This document shows, in pieces, positions 37,840-48,700 of a stretch of 64,000 nt of DNA. Position numbers and translations under genes: made by a program. The stretch lies in assembly GCA_051251855.1 (NCBI GenBank), contig JBPOGI010000001.1, positions 672,001-736,000 of the forward strand, written 5' to 3'. The notes below the pieces were generated by a model that had not been told where the DNA came from, did no database searches, and saw only the letters and a program-made list of their open reading frames with translations. Position 1 is the first letter of the stretch. Every line of letters starts with the position of its first letter. Source of the DNA: Roseibacillus sp. Lineage in GTDB: Bacteria; Verrucomicrobiota; Verrucomicrobiia; Verrucomicrobiales; Akkermansiaceae.

Positions 37840-39285
37840 TTACTCTGGGGCAGGAATGTCTTTGTCCATTTTTCGAAGGCTCTCTTCGGCTGCCTGATAG
37901 GCTTGGTGTCCGGTGGAGTTGCCGGGGAGGAGAGCTTGTTCTTCGATATTGAGGCATTCGAGCAGCATCTTTGTGAGGGCTAGGTCGAGGGGGCTGCTTT
38001 CTCGGTTGGTGAGAAGGTTGTGGTGTTCGTGGGGATCCGAGAGGTGGTCGTATAGTTCTTCCGACCCGTCTCGGTAGTGGATGTAGCGCTCGTTGAGGGT
38101 GCGCACGGAAAAGTTACCGGGACCGAAGGAGGTGATGGCGCGATAGTGTCCTTCTGATTGAGAATTCTTCAGAAGAGGGATGAGCGACTGGCCTTCTTGC
38201 GAGTTGTCGGTGGGTAAATTCGCGAGAGAAATAAGGGTGGGGAAAATATCGAGGAGTTGGGCAGGTTGCTTGGCGACTTGCTCTGCGGGAAAGCCGGGGG
38301 CAGCGATGATGAGGGGGACGTGGGTGCCGTCTTCCCAAAGGCTGCGTTTGGCCCAGCGTTCCTTTTCACCGAGGTGAAATCCGTGATCGGAGAAGAGAAC
38401 GATGATGGTGTTGTCCTTGTGGGGACCGGAATCGAGAGCATCGAGAACTCGCCCGACTTGATGATCGGCGAAGGCGATGGAGGCGAGGTAAGCTTGCACG
38501 GCGTGCTTCCATTCTCCGGACTCGAGGATCCAATCGTGGGTGGGGGCGACGTGTTTGAGTGTGGTGAGGTCAAGAGCGTAGGGCGAGATATCTGCGAGGT
38601 CGTTGTTGGTGACTTTAGGTAGTTTGATTTGCTCAAGAGGAAAGAGGTCGAACCATTTTTGTGGGGCATACATGGGAACGTGTGGCCTCCAGAATCCGAC
38701 ACCCATAAAGAACGGTTTTTCGTGCTCCTTGGTAAGTTCCTCGATAGCCCAGTCTGCCACTTTCTGGTCCGGCATTTCGTCGTCCTTTTCGGGGAACGCG
38801 CCCCAATCCCAGAGGGGGTGACCGTGGGGCTGGGAGATTTTCTTGTCGGGAGTAGGACCGAAGCCTCCCATTTGACCGCCGTATTTTTCGAAGAAGCGTT
38901 CGTTGCCGGCGTGGAAGAGTTTACCTGCGGCAAGGGTGTGGTAGCCGTTTCGAGCGAAATACTCGGGGAGGGTGGGTAGGTCTTTGAGAAGTGGAGCCTG
39001 TTTTAGGTCAGGACTAAGAAAGTAGACGCCGCTGCTATGAGGATAGCGTCCGGTCATCAAGCTGGCCCGAGAGGGATTGCAGACGGGAGATTGACAATGA
39101 GCATTGGAAAAAAGGGTGCCGCGTTTTGCGAGGCGGTCGATGTTGGGCGTGCGCGCTTGCGGGTGGCCATCCATGCAGCCAACCCAGTCGTTGAGGTCGT
39201 CAATCGAGATGAGGAGGACGTTAGGTTTCTTCTCTGCTTGGAGGCAGGGCAGGGTCAAGAGAAGGGTGAGGAGGGCGCGAAGCAT
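37840..39285 (-). CDS. Sulfatase (formylglycine-dependent, iduronate-2-sulfatase-like)
   Basis: PNVLLISIDDLNDW, CNPSRAS, GKLFH, RPHVP, SDHGFHLGEK. Confidence 0.93.
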   Translation of the reverse strand: MLRALLTLLLTLPCLQAEKKPNVLLISIDDLNDWVGCMDGHPQARTPNIDRLAKRGTLFSNAHCQSPVCNPSRASLMTGRYPHSSGVYFLSPDLKQAPLLKDLPTLPEYFARNGYHTLAAGKLFHAGNERFFEKYGGQMGGFGPTPDKKISQPHGHPLWDWGAFPEKDDEMPDQKVADWAIEELTKEHEKPFFMGVGFWRPHVPMYAPQKWFDLFPLEQIKLPKVTNNDLADISPYALDLTTLKHVAPTHDWILESGEWKHAVQAYLASIAFADHQVGRVLDALDSGPHKDNTIIVLFSDHGFHLGEKERWAKRSLWEDGTHVPLIIAAPGFPAEQVAKQPAQLLDIFPTLISLANLPTDNSQEGQSLIPLLKNSQSEGHYRAITSFGPGNFSVRTLNERYIHYRDGSEELYDHLSDPHEHHNLLTNRESSPLDLALTKMLLECLNIEEQALLPGNSTGHQAYQAAEESLRKMDKDIPAPE

Positions 39286-39388
39286 TGCGTAAGGGTAGGT
39301 TTCTTGCTTCGGTTAGCAAGAAGTGAGCCTAGGAGAGGTGGTTAGGTCTCTGAAGAACGTCTGGCCAGTGAAAGAATGATGGACCCCG

Positions 39389-41734
39389 CTACTGGAGGGT
39401 CTGGAGATAAGAGAGAAGATGCTCGAGGTCTTGGGGAGGGATAACGCCTTCGAAGGAAGGCATCGCTGGTTCGAAGCCCTCGGCGATTTCGGCAGCAGGG
39501 TCGAGAATGGATTCACGGAGTTTGTCTTTGTTGAGTCGTTGAGCAATTCCATTAAGCGAGGGGCCGGTAAGCTCTTGACCGTCGAGGGAGTGGCAGCCGA
39601 CGCAACCGACTTTGGTGAAGATTTGTTTTCCTGACTCCGAGTCGCCGAGTTGAAGTTCGGGTTGGTCTCCTTGGTTCTGGGCGAGCTCTCGTAGTTCGGA
39701 CTTGCTGGCCTCTGGAAGGCGGTTTGGATGGGTGTATAGATGGATGGGAAAGGTGGAGGTGGCGTTACTGATATTGAGCTGCAGATCGAACACGTCGGAA
39801 CGCCGTAGGGTGTCAAAAAAGACGACGAACTTTTTCCGATCTTTGGAAAGGGCAAAGCTTTGAGGCATTAATTGATGTTCGCCTGGCTCATCATTCCAAA
39901 GGTAGTGTCCAGAACCGTATTTGGGCGTTCGTTTGATATTGAAGAGGCGAAGGGTCGGGTTCCCGGGGGTGATGTTTTCTTCTTTGGTGAGGGGACGATT
40001 AAAAGAGACGACGACCTTGTTGTTGTTAACCTGAAGGGCGACAGGAGTCGGGAAGGACTGACTCTGCTCGATGGAGGCGAGACCAACGAACTTGGGCGTG
40101 GTGGGGAGGTATCCCGAGATGCCAAGCCCGGTGACGTAGAGACGGCCTGACTTGGGGTGGGTGGCTCCGTTGAGAATGGGGAAGTCGGTTTGGAGAGGGA
40201 GTTGCCAAGAAAAGGGTTGTTTCCATTTCAGAGGCGTTTCGACCGCGAACAAGCGGCCGTTCCAAGAAGCTTGTAAGAAGGTTTCAGGAAGATCGGGAAA
40301 AGCCTTCGCAGAGGTGGTACAAAAAGCGGCGCTCGAGCGATTGGCCTGATAGGGATACCAGAGAAGAGGAGGAGTGGCTGGCTCCCGTCTTTCGAAGTTG
40401 GTGGGCTCGAAGCCAAGGAAGGGGCGATTCGTAGTGATCAGGTGAAGGGGACTACTAGGAATATAGTGGCCTTGCTGGTCGGAGGCGAAGATGGTGCCGT
40501 CTTTACGAAGGCCAACATAGGGGAGGCGAAGTCCGTCGGCGAGGACGGTAGCCTTTTTGCCGTCAGGAGTGATATGAAGGATAGTGCCGCGGTGCTCGGA
40601 GAGTTCGTTTTCGATGCCCTTTTTTTCGGGTTCGAAAAGGCCCCCTTTGGCAATGAGAAAAGAGCCGTCTTCTCTGATGGCGAGAGAGGTGGCGTAGTCG
40701 CGGGTGTGAAGGGTTTGCAGGAATGCGTCGGAGGCGTTGCGGAATTCGTCGATGAAGCCGTCGTCGTTGAGGTCGATGAGTTCCGTGATTTGGTCACGGC
40801 CAAGCGTAAAGAGACGGTCTTTGGAGTCGACTTCGATAGCCATGGGCTCGAAGAGTCCAGTGGCGATACGGGTCCAACGAGAGACGGGCTGAGAGATGTC
40901 TTCGATCTGCCAGATATCGCCATCGAGGGTGGTGAGGTAGGCGATTCCATTTTTGCGAAAGGCGATGTCAGTGGCGCGAACAGGGCGAACGCTTTCGGTA
41001 GGGAAATTGAGGGGCCGGATGGTGAAGGGGGCTTTTTCTTCCGGGCCTGGGTTCTTGACTGAATAAAGGGTCGGAAAGGCGGGAGTGGCTGGCTCGTTCC
41101 TGTTAGGAAATGGAGTTGAGGAGGGCGCTGAGGAGCGTCTTCCCTTGAATGGAAAGGTGACGATCTCGGTGGGAAGAGAAGATGCTGGGAGGCTTATCGT
41201 CGTATCAGACTTTGTTACTAAGGAGAAAATTTCATCATGAAGATGGGTGATGAACTGGTGTCTGATATCAGTTCCGATGCGATAGCTGAGAATGGGCTGC
41301 TTGCCTCGAAGAGAGATGCCCATCCATTCGGCTCTCATTTGCTTGAGAAAGTCTGGACGATATTTTTCGCTGAAAACGTAGCGAGTCTTGCCAATCAGGC
41401 GTGGCGCTTTTTTTGCTTTGGCCTTCTTGTCGGGGAAGGAAACTCCGGCCATGGAGTCGTAGGTAAGAGGTGCTTTCCCTTCGGGAGCGTCCCAGACGAC
41501 GACCCATTGCAAGGAGTCGGGGTCGAAGCAGGCCCAGCGGTTCTTGAATCCTACGGGGACGATAACACCACGGCGAACAGAGCGTTCGCTACCCTCGTGT
41601 TCAAAAACGAGGGCAGAACGCAGGAAAGGGGTCTCGGGTTCTAGGAAGCCGTCTGCAGGTAGGTCGGCTTGGCCCTTTTGTGCAGGCACAAAGAGGGTCA
41701 AGGCTAGCCAGACGAGAAGACATCGAAGAGACAT
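39389..41734 (-). CDS. Exported beta-propeller protein with C-terminal cytochrome c (DUF6797-like, PVC-type)
   Basis: Signal peptide; propeller motifs IATGLFEP, LADGLR; C-terminal CVGCH...GPSL...MP. Confidence 0.75.
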   Translation of the reverse strand: MSLRCLLVWLALTLFVPAQKGQADLPADGFLEPETPFLRSALVFEHEGSERSVRRGVIVPVGFKNRWACFDPDSLQWVVVWDAPEGKAPLTYDSMAGVSFPDKKAKAKKAPRLIGKTRYVFSEKYRPDFLKQMRAEWMGISLRGKQPILSYRIGTDIRHQFITHLHDEIFSLVTKSDTTISLPASSLPTEIVTFPFKGRRSSAPSSTPFPNRNEPATPAFPTLYSVKNPGPEEKAPFTIRPLNFPTESVRPVRATDIAFRKNGIAYLTTLDGDIWQIEDISQPVSRWTRIATGLFEPMAIEVDSKDRLFTLGRDQITELIDLNDDGFIDEFRNASDAFLQTLHTRDYATSLAIREDGSFLIAKGGLFEPEKKGIENELSEHRGTILHITPDGKKATVLADGLRLPYVGLRKDGTIFASDQQGHYIPSSPLHLITTNRPFLGFEPTNFERREPATPPLLWYPYQANRSSAAFCTTSAKAFPDLPETFLQASWNGRLFAVETPLKWKQPFSWQLPLQTDFPILNGATHPKSGRLYVTGLGISGYLPTTPKFVGLASIEQSQSFPTPVALQVNNNKVVVSFNRPLTKEENITPGNPTLRLFNIKRTPKYGSGHYLWNDEPGEHQLMPQSFALSKDRKKFVVFFDTLRRSDVFDLQLNISNATSTFPIHLYTHPNRLPEASKSELRELAQNQGDQPELQLGDSESGKQIFTKVGCVGCHSLDGQELTGPSLNGIAQRLNKDKLRESILDPAAEIAEGFEPAMPSFEGVIPPQDLEHLLSYLQTLQ

Positions 41735-41763
41735 GTTGAAGACTACGTTAGCTTGGGAGAAGA

Positions 41764-42900
41764 TTAGTCAACCTTGACCCAACGCTCCTCATTATTCGAG
41801 GTCCAGCTAAGTTCTGCAAGTTGGACTCCTTTGGCTCCTTCGCGCAGAGACCAGCGAAAAGGCTCGTCGCAGGCGACGTGTTTGAGGAAGAGTTCCCACT
41901 GGGCTTTGAAGGCATTGTCGCACTCGCCAGGGGAGACCTCTTCCCAACCGTCGTAGTAATCGATGGGGCTGTCCATGTCGGGATTCCAGACCGGGACAGG
42001 GGTGTTGTCCATGGATTGGGCCCAGCACTTGCGAAGTCCGACGATGGCGGAGCCCTTTGTGCCGTCCACTTGCATCACGAGGAGGTCGTCGCGGCGGACG
42101 CGAACGTTCCAAGAGGAGTTGAATTGGCAAAAGACGCCGGTATCGGTCTTGAACATGGCATAGGCTGAATCGTCGGCGGTGCATTTGTATGGCTTGCCGT
42201 CTTCACCGATGCGCTCGGGGATGTGGGTGGCGGCGTGGCTCATCACGCTGGTAATATTACCAAAGAGATTACCGACGACGTATTGCCAGTGACAATGCAT
42301 GTCGATGATGATGCCGCCGCCATCTTCGTTGCGGTAGTTCCAAGAAGGACGCTGGGGTGGGCGTTCGTCATCGTGTCCGGTGAAGACCCAATAGCCGAAT
42401 TCGCCGCGAACGCTGAGAATATCTCCGAAGAAGCCTTCTTCTTTGAGTTTCTTGAAGGCCATGATGCCGGGGAGCCAGAGCTTGTCTTGCACGGTGCCGT
42501 TCTTGACGCCAGCGGCCTCGGCGACTTCGGCAATGCGAAGGGCTTCTGAGTATTCGGTAGCGGTGGGCTTTTCACAATAGACGTGCTTGCCGGCAGCGAT
42601 GGCTTTCTCGAGGAAAGGAATGCGGTAGGGAGTTCCAGAGGCGTCGAAAAAGATTTCGTTGTAGTCATCAGCGAGGGCCGCATCGAGGTCGTCGCTGTAG
42701 CGCTCGACGCCGTGCTTCTCGGCGAGGGCCTTCACTTTTTCCAAGTTGCGTCCTGTGAGGATGGGGTCGGGCATGATGGTGATGTCGCCGCACTGGACGC
42801 CACCTTGCTCGCGAATAGCGAGGATGGAGCGGATAAGGTGTTGGTTAGTGCCCATGCGTCCAGTGACGCCGTTCATGATGATTCCGATAGTTTTAGTCAT
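41764..42900 (-). CDS. Gfo/Idh/MocA family oxidoreductase
   Basis: IIMNGVTGRMG, GKHVYCEKP, GGGIIIDMHCHW. Confidence 0.93.
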   Translation of the reverse strand: MTKTIGIIMNGVTGRMGTNQHLIRSILAIREQGGVQCGDITIMPDPILTGRNLEKVKALAEKHGVERYSDDLDAALADDYNEIFFDASGTPYRIPFLEKAIAAGKHVYCEKPTATEYSEALRIAEVAEAAGVKNGTVQDKLWLPGIMAFKKLKEEGFFGDILSVRGEFGYWVFTGHDDERPPQRPSWNYRNEDGGGIIIDMHCHWQYVVGNLFGNITSVMSHAATHIPERIGEDGKPYKCTADDSAYAMFKTDTGVFCQFNSSWNVRVRRDDLLVMQVDGTKGSAIVGLRKCWAQSMDNTPVPVWNPDMDSPIDYYDGWEEVSPGECDNAFKAQWELFLKHVACDEPFRWSLREGAKGVQLAELSWTSNNEERWVKVD

Positions 42901-42920
42901 TGTGAGATTGTTTGGATTGA

Positions 42921-43032
42921 TTCACCGCAAAGAGCGCGAAGGGCGCAAAGTGACGGGGTTGTTTTTGATAGAAATTAAGTGAGAAAAATGGAGTGGGATT
43001 GTTTTTTGTGCTTTGCGTTCTTCGCGGCGGAG
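42921..43032. repeat. REP-like inverted pair built from ~9-nt units
   Basis: CACCGCAAAGAGCGCGAAGGGCGCAAAG (42923-42950) and inverted CTTTGCGTTCTTCGCGGCG (43011-43029). Confidence 0.65.
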
Positions 43033-43034
43033 TT

Positions 43035-43856
43035 TTAGCGATAGATGGAATCGTAAGCCTTTAGGATTTCGTCGAGGAATTCGTTTTGGTCCCTTTTCCA
43101 TCCTTCGGCTGAGAAGATTTCGATTTCGCGAAGGCCTGAGAAGCTGTTGTCTTGCACGACCCATTGGTCGATTTCGGCAAGGTTGCAGCAGCCTTCGCCC
43201 ATGATGCCGCGGTCGAGGAGCATGTCAGCGGGTTCGGCTTTGTAGTCGCAGATATGGTAAGAACCTAACCAGCCATTGGATGCGCAACGCTTGAGTTCGG
43301 ATTCGAGTTCGTGGTCCCACCAGACATGATAGACATCGACGGCAACTTTAAGGTTAGGGGCGTTGATTTCAGCGCAGAGGTCGTTGGCTGCCTTGAGGGT
43401 AGGGATGGCGCTGCGATTGCCGCAGTAGCAGGGGTGAAGAGGCTCGATGAGGAGTTCGAGGCCAAGCTGGGCCGCTTCTTCGACGATGGCGGCGATGCCA
43501 TCACGGATTTGGTTGCGATTGGTGACGGGAGATTGGCCGATAGTGGCACCGCAAACGAGGACGACGCTGGGCATACCAAGTTCGGCAGCGTCGCGCAGCC
43601 ATTGGCGATTGGTCTCGAGGTGTTCCTGACGGGTGACTTCCTCGATGGCGGTGAAGAAGCCGCCGCGTACGTAGGAGACCGGGGCGAGACCGGCGTCAGT
43701 GTATTGTTGCCGGACTGTTTTGAGGTTTTGGCCTTCGACGGTCTCGCGCCAGATGGAAATCCCGGCGATGTCTCTCTTGGCAAAGCCTTCGATACATTCG
43801 GAGATAGACCACGGCTTAGTGGTGAAGGTGTGGAGGGCGACGTGAGGATAGCTCAT
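43035..43856 (-). CDS. Sugar phosphate isomerase/epimerase family TIM barrel (xylose isomerase-like)
   Basis: IEPLHP, DVYHVWWD, HICD, DRGIMGEG, EIEIFS metal-binding residues. Confidence 0.9.
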   Translation of the reverse strand: MSYPHVALHTFTTKPWSISECIEGFAKRDIAGISIWRETVEGQNLKTVRQQYTDAGLAPVSYVRGGFFTAIEEVTRQEHLETNRQWLRDAAELGMPSVVLVCGATIGQSPVTNRNQIRDGIAAIVEEAAQLGLELLIEPLHPCYCGNRSAIPTLKAANDLCAEINAPNLKVAVDVYHVWWDHELESELKRCASNGWLGSYHICDYKAEPADMLLDRGIMGEGCCNLAEIDQWVVQDNSFSGLREIEIFSAEGWKRDQNEFLDEILKAYDSIYR

Positions 43857-43866
43857 AGGATTTTTC

Positions 43867-43903
43867 AACGCAGAGTCGCAGAGGTCACGGAGTGGACACA
43901 GAG
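43867..43903. repeat. REP-like tandem CRCRGAG units (single arm)
   Basis: AACGCAGAG-TCGCAGAGG-TCACGGAGT-GGACACAGAG. Confidence 0.5.
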
Positions 43904-43967
43904 GACTCTTTGAGTTGAGGTTGAGAGACTTTGGTTTTTGAGTTTTTCGAGCTCGGTAGTGGATTCA

Positions 43968-44903
43968 CTAGTAGCCGAGGCGGGTGGCGCAGTCGGCGAT
44001 GATATCAGGTTCCCAGTCGGGACGAGTGGCGCACTTGGGGTGAGCGTTTGGTGTGGGGATGCGTCCGAGGTGATGCTGAAAGTGGGCACAGGAATGCTTG
44101 TAGGCTGGGACGGGGGCGCGGAAGCCGACATTACCGAGGTATTGCAGGGCGTCAGCGAGCTCGTAGTAGGCTGGATTGTTTGTTTCCCAGTATTGGTCGC
44201 GTTCGGCGAATTTTTCGGGACAGAAGGCGGCGAGGCCGAGGAGATAGTCGGATCCATATTCGATCATATCGATGCCAAGGTCGTTGCCGGTGTAGATCTT
44301 AAAGTCAGGGCGTATTTCGTCGCGAATACGGAGTCGCTCGAGTTCTTCGAGCCGGCTGAGAGAGGAGTGCTTGATACCTTTGAGGGAAGGAATGGAAATA
44401 AGGCCTCGGATCGTTTCCTCGTCGTAAATCATTCCATTGGGAGCGAACATTTTTCCGAGTTCGAAGCCAACGACAGAATCGAAGGGTTGGCACACTTCGG
44501 CGTAGAGGTCAGTGATTTGCTGAGGGCTCCAATCGTGAAAGCGGGTGGTCTGAAAGAGAATGGGAGTGCCGCCATGTTCGGCGATCTGGCGCATTTGTTG
44601 GAGATAGAGTTCGGGGAGGTCGCCTTCGAGTCCTTCCACAAAGACGCCAGCGATGAAACCGTTGGGAAGAGTTTGTTGAGCCCACTGGAGCATAGTGGCA
44701 CGCTCCTCGATGGTGAGGTAGTTGGCGTATCCGGTATCCATGTTGACAGCACATCCGAGACCAGCGGCATCGGTGCGCGCAAGGGCTTCCTTGTAGGCTT
44801 GTTCAGCGATAGAGCCATCGGCTTCGAAGGGCAGGAGAATGGCGGCGTGCCCTTCGATTTTGCGGCCAGGTTGCTTACGAGAGATGAGATCGGGAATGGT
44901 CAT
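43968..44903 (-). CDS. Dihydrodipicolinate synthase/class I aldolase-like protein
   Basis: AILLPF, AVNMDTGY, GIKHSS (putative Schiff-base Lys), IYTGND. Confidence 0.82.
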   Translation of the reverse strand: MTIPDLISRKQPGRKIEGHAAILLPFEADGSIAEQAYKEALARTDAAGLGCAVNMDTGYANYLTIEERATMLQWAQQTLPNGFIAGVFVEGLEGDLPELYLQQMRQIAEHGGTPILFQTTRFHDWSPQQITDLYAEVCQPFDSVVGFELGKMFAPNGMIYDEETIRGLISIPSLKGIKHSSLSRLEELERLRIRDEIRPDFKIYTGNDLGIDMIEYGSDYLLGLAAFCPEKFAERDQYWETNNPAYYELADALQYLGNVGFRAPVPAYKHSCAHFQHHLGRIPTPNAHPKCATRPDWEPDIIADCATRLGY

Positions 44904-45008
44904 GTTGTGATGAGGATGAGTTCGATGATAGGGTAAAATGGGAACTTAGATTGTAAGGGGGCGACTTTTTCAGTTGAATGACACTTGAATTGATGTATAA
45001 TCACGACA

Positions 45009-45731
45009 GTGAATGGGCTGTCACAAGAAATACGTGAAGAGATTGGAGTGTTGTCAGCATTTCTTGATGGAGTGGAAGGGCTTCGCCTTGTGCTGAAGGA
45101 TTTAGAGTATCGCTATCAATACGTCAGCGAAGGATGGGAGGAGTCCACCGGCCTTCGGGAAGTTTTAGGAAAGACGGTCTTTGATGTCTTTCCTCTCTGG
45201 CGGGCACAGAAGTATCATCGTGAAGAAGTGGAGGTCATCGAGTCCGAAAAGATTGTCGATACCTTTGAAGAGATCGTGATGGTGGAAGGAGGAAGAGAGC
45301 AACTCTGGCGAAGTCTTAAGGGGCCACGTCGTCGAAATGGAAAGGTTGTTGGGATGGTGATTATTGGCTTGTTAGTCGACCCTAATTTACTGCGAGGAAG
45401 ACTTGTCGATGAGCGGCCAGAAGCTGTTGATTGGCTGGAGAGACATGCAATGGAAGAGATGACTATGTTAGAGGTTTCAGAGAAACTCGGGATGTCCCAG
45501 CGCACTCTCGAACGAGAGTTTCAGCGCAAGACTGGGATGAGTCCGGCGAGTTACCGGTTGAAGTGCCGAGTGGCACGGGGCCGTGATCTACTTCGCTATT
45601 CGAGTAAGTCTCTGGCGGAGATCGCAAGCGAGTGTGGGTTTCATGACCAAAGTCACTTTTCCCGTGTTTTTTCCAGTGAGGAAGGATTGACTCCCGGGCG
45701 ATGGCGTCTTGAGGCGAAGGCGAAAAGCTAA
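45009..45731 (+). CDS. PAS-domain AraC family transcriptional regulator
   Basis: KDLEYRYQYV...LGKTVFDVFP PAS segment; LAEIASECGFHDQSHFSRVF AraC HTH; divergent from the catabolic operon. Confidence 0.9.
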   Translation: MNGLSQEIREEIGVLSAFLDGVEGLRLVLKDLEYRYQYVSEGWEESTGLREVLGKTVFDVFPLWRAQKYHREEVEVIESEKIVDTFEEIVMVEGGREQLWRSLKGPRRRNGKVVGMVIIGLLVDPNLLRGRLVDERPEAVDWLERHAMEEMTMLEVSEKLGMSQRTLEREFQRKTGMSPASYRLKCRVARGRDLLRYSSKSLAEIASECGFHDQSHFSRVFSSEEGLTPGRWRLEAKAKS

Positions 45732-45763
45732 AGCACGTCGCGACGTTGGAAAATTTTTGTTTC

Positions 45764-48700
45764 TTAGTCCGCTTCTGAGACCCGAAGTCTTACGAATAAT
45801 CTTCCTTCCTCTTCTTCGCTGGAAGGGAGGGCGACCGGCGTGGTAGATGCGTTCGTCAGACTAGCGAAGGCAGGGTCACTCCAGGTGATAAGGTCGGTGG
45901 AGAGAAGCACTTCATAAAGAACTCCAGTTTGGGCGTTGCTGAAATCATAATCTGCCCCGGTGCCGTTAGGGGTGAGAGTTGGGAGGCCCACGGTGCTTGA
46001 GACCAGAGGGTCCATCCCGAGTGCGAACTCTAGAAGGTTCTCAATACCGTCTCCATCTGGATCGCCGGTGACGGTGACATCGTCACCCGAATTCCAAGCA
46101 ATCCCGCTGCGCCAAGTGTAGTAGGATGAAGGAATGCCTTCGACTGTTATCGAGACCGAGACGTTCGAAGAGGTCCCGCTGCCCGAGAGTTCGGAGGTGT
46201 TGTAAGTGAAAGAGTCAGGCCCTGCGAATCCGGCTTCGGGGACATAGCTGAAGGAGCCGTCAGAAAGTAGGCTGAGTGTGCCATTGGTCGTAGGAGATAC
46301 GAGGTTTGATTCGAGGGAATCGAGGTTGATATCGAAATCGTTGCTGAGCACTCCGTCGGCAGGAATAGAAAGAGTTTGATCCCGAAGAATGGAATAGGTG
46401 TCTTCGTTGGCTATAGGGTCGGCAGCGGCGAGTCCCGGCAGCGGCCAATCGTCGGTTCGGAAGGGAGCCGCAGGAAGGCCATCTCCATTTATGAGATTGA
46501 CGTTATCTCTCGCGTTTGGCTTCCAAGCATATCTAACAGCGACGGGATTTGATTCGGAAGACGAACTCACAATTACGCTAGTCCCGCTGATAGTGGCGCT
46601 GGTAGCGGTATGAAAGGTTTGGTCCGAGCCAGCTAGTTGGAAGCTAGCAGGATTGAGGCTGCCACCGGTGGTTGTCAAACCGACCGCACTTGTGAATGAA
46701 ATGGTGACCTGGTTCCCAACGACACTCATGGAGTCGTAAGTTGGTCCGTGAGCTTCGATGGACTCTCCGAGTGCATACTTTAGAGCTAGTCGAGCAAGGC
46801 GAACTCCGATGGGCTCTTTGTCAGTGGGATGGACGTTATAATTTCCGTTCGCGATCACGATTCCGGTGTCCACAGTGACTGGGTAGTAGGCGTTGCTCAC
46901 CGCATCCAAGCCATCTCCCTGCGCTTCCCGAAACCAATGCCAGTTCGTATTTCCTGATGAATTGGAAGGAAGCTGGACTCCGAGAAAAGGAAGCTCTCCT
47001 TGGTCAAAGCGTTTTCGATATTCCTCGATCATCCTGGGGAAGGTGTGGCGGTAGGTGGCGACATTGATAATGTCTCCAGCATTGGCCTCGCCTTGATACC
47101 AAATGAACCCCGAGATTCCGTAGTTTCTCATTGGGTGAATCATTTTGTTATAAATGATATTTGGTCTTGTCCGCATGAAAATGTCTTCGTTGGTTGTCGA
47201 CCAACCGTTGGTGGTGTAGTTCGTGATGGCGGCAATGTTTGAGGAGAAGCCGGCATTTTCAGCTCGGTCTGCCACTGGGTCGCCACTGCGGTATTCGCCG
47301 ATGCTTTGGTAGAGTTGCATCATTTCCGCGAAGTGAGGTTGTTCGTCGGCAACGCTCAATGGGAGCCAGCCTTCGATTGAACTGCTACCCCAAGCAGCCC
47401 AAATGATGCCGACGGGAACATTGGTGGCATCGTGGAGCTGGCTGGCAAAGACCGAACCAACAGCAGTCCAAGTGGCAGAGGAGCTGTTAGATAACCATGA
47501 GGAACCATGGCTCTCTTCTTCGGTGAGGGACGCGTCTTGGTCAATTTTGAGACAACGAATTTCGTCATTGGAAGCGATTTCGTTGATGTAAGTGGTATTC
47601 CAAGAGCTGTCCATTTGGTTGAGTCGATAGACCATGTTGGATTGGCCGAAGCAGACCCAAACATCGCCAAAGAGGATGTCTGAGACTGTTTTGGAGGCGG
47701 TTCCTTCGAGACTCGTGCTGGTGACGGTGAGAGTATAGGGGCCGCCAGCGGCGAACTGGGGGAGTTGCACTTCCCAGTCTCCTTGCGGATCGGTAGTTCC
47801 GTTGATGGTGTTGCTGTCAATGGTGGCGACGATGGTGCTGCCGGCGTTGGCCGTGCCCCAGAGTTTGACCGGTTTGTCGCGTTGCAGAATCATGCGATCT
47901 TGAAAGGGGGAGGCGAGGTCCAGTTCGGCACCATTGCCGACGGGGGTTCCCTCGATAAAGTAGAGGACTTTTCGGGAAGGAGAGGTGCCGTGGCTAGTGG
48001 TGCTAATCGAGAGACGTCCGCCATTAGTGCCGTCCTCGCGATGCCGAAAGCTGGTGGGGTTGGTTGCGTCGTCCTGTTCGTAAATCAAGAAAAACCCAAA
48101 GTCAGAGTCTTCGTTCACAGTCACAGGAGAAGAGAGCTCGAAGGTGATATAGTCGTTATTAGTGAGAGTGCCGTTCAGAAGATAGGACTCTTGATAAAGA
48201 GGGGTCACTGTCGTTCCCGCATAGTAGTTCGAGCCATTGGTAGCGGTGGTATGGCCCGTTCCTGAATTCCATTGTGCTTCGGTTCCCTCAAAAAGGTGAA
48301 GGGTGAGCTTATCATTAGTGAAGGTTTGGTCGTTACTCTTTCTAATGGTGATGGCGGACACTTCGTAATCCGAGCCGCTTCCGTTGGGGAGGGTGAAGAG
48401 TTGTCCACGGCCGTGGTTGGCGTTGGCGTCTTCGTCAAAAAGAGCGGTGTCGATAGCTCCTACGCTTGAGGAGTCGATGATATTGACTGTTGGAGCTGAG
48501 CTGGAGGTGGAGATTGTCCCGGCAGTTGCCGAGACCGGAACGCCCTGAATAAAGCAATTAATCGCGCGGCTGGAGGTGCCGTGGTCTGTTGTAGTGATTG
48601 AGATGCGTCCACCGCTGTTTGATTCAAGATGGCGAAAGCGATCTGGACTGGTGCCGGTTGCTGGGTCGTAGGTCAGGAAAAATCCAAAATCCGAATTCTC

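Noticed and set aside
43938..44936. 332-aa plus-strand ORF
   Set aside because: Antisense shadow of the DHDPS-like gene
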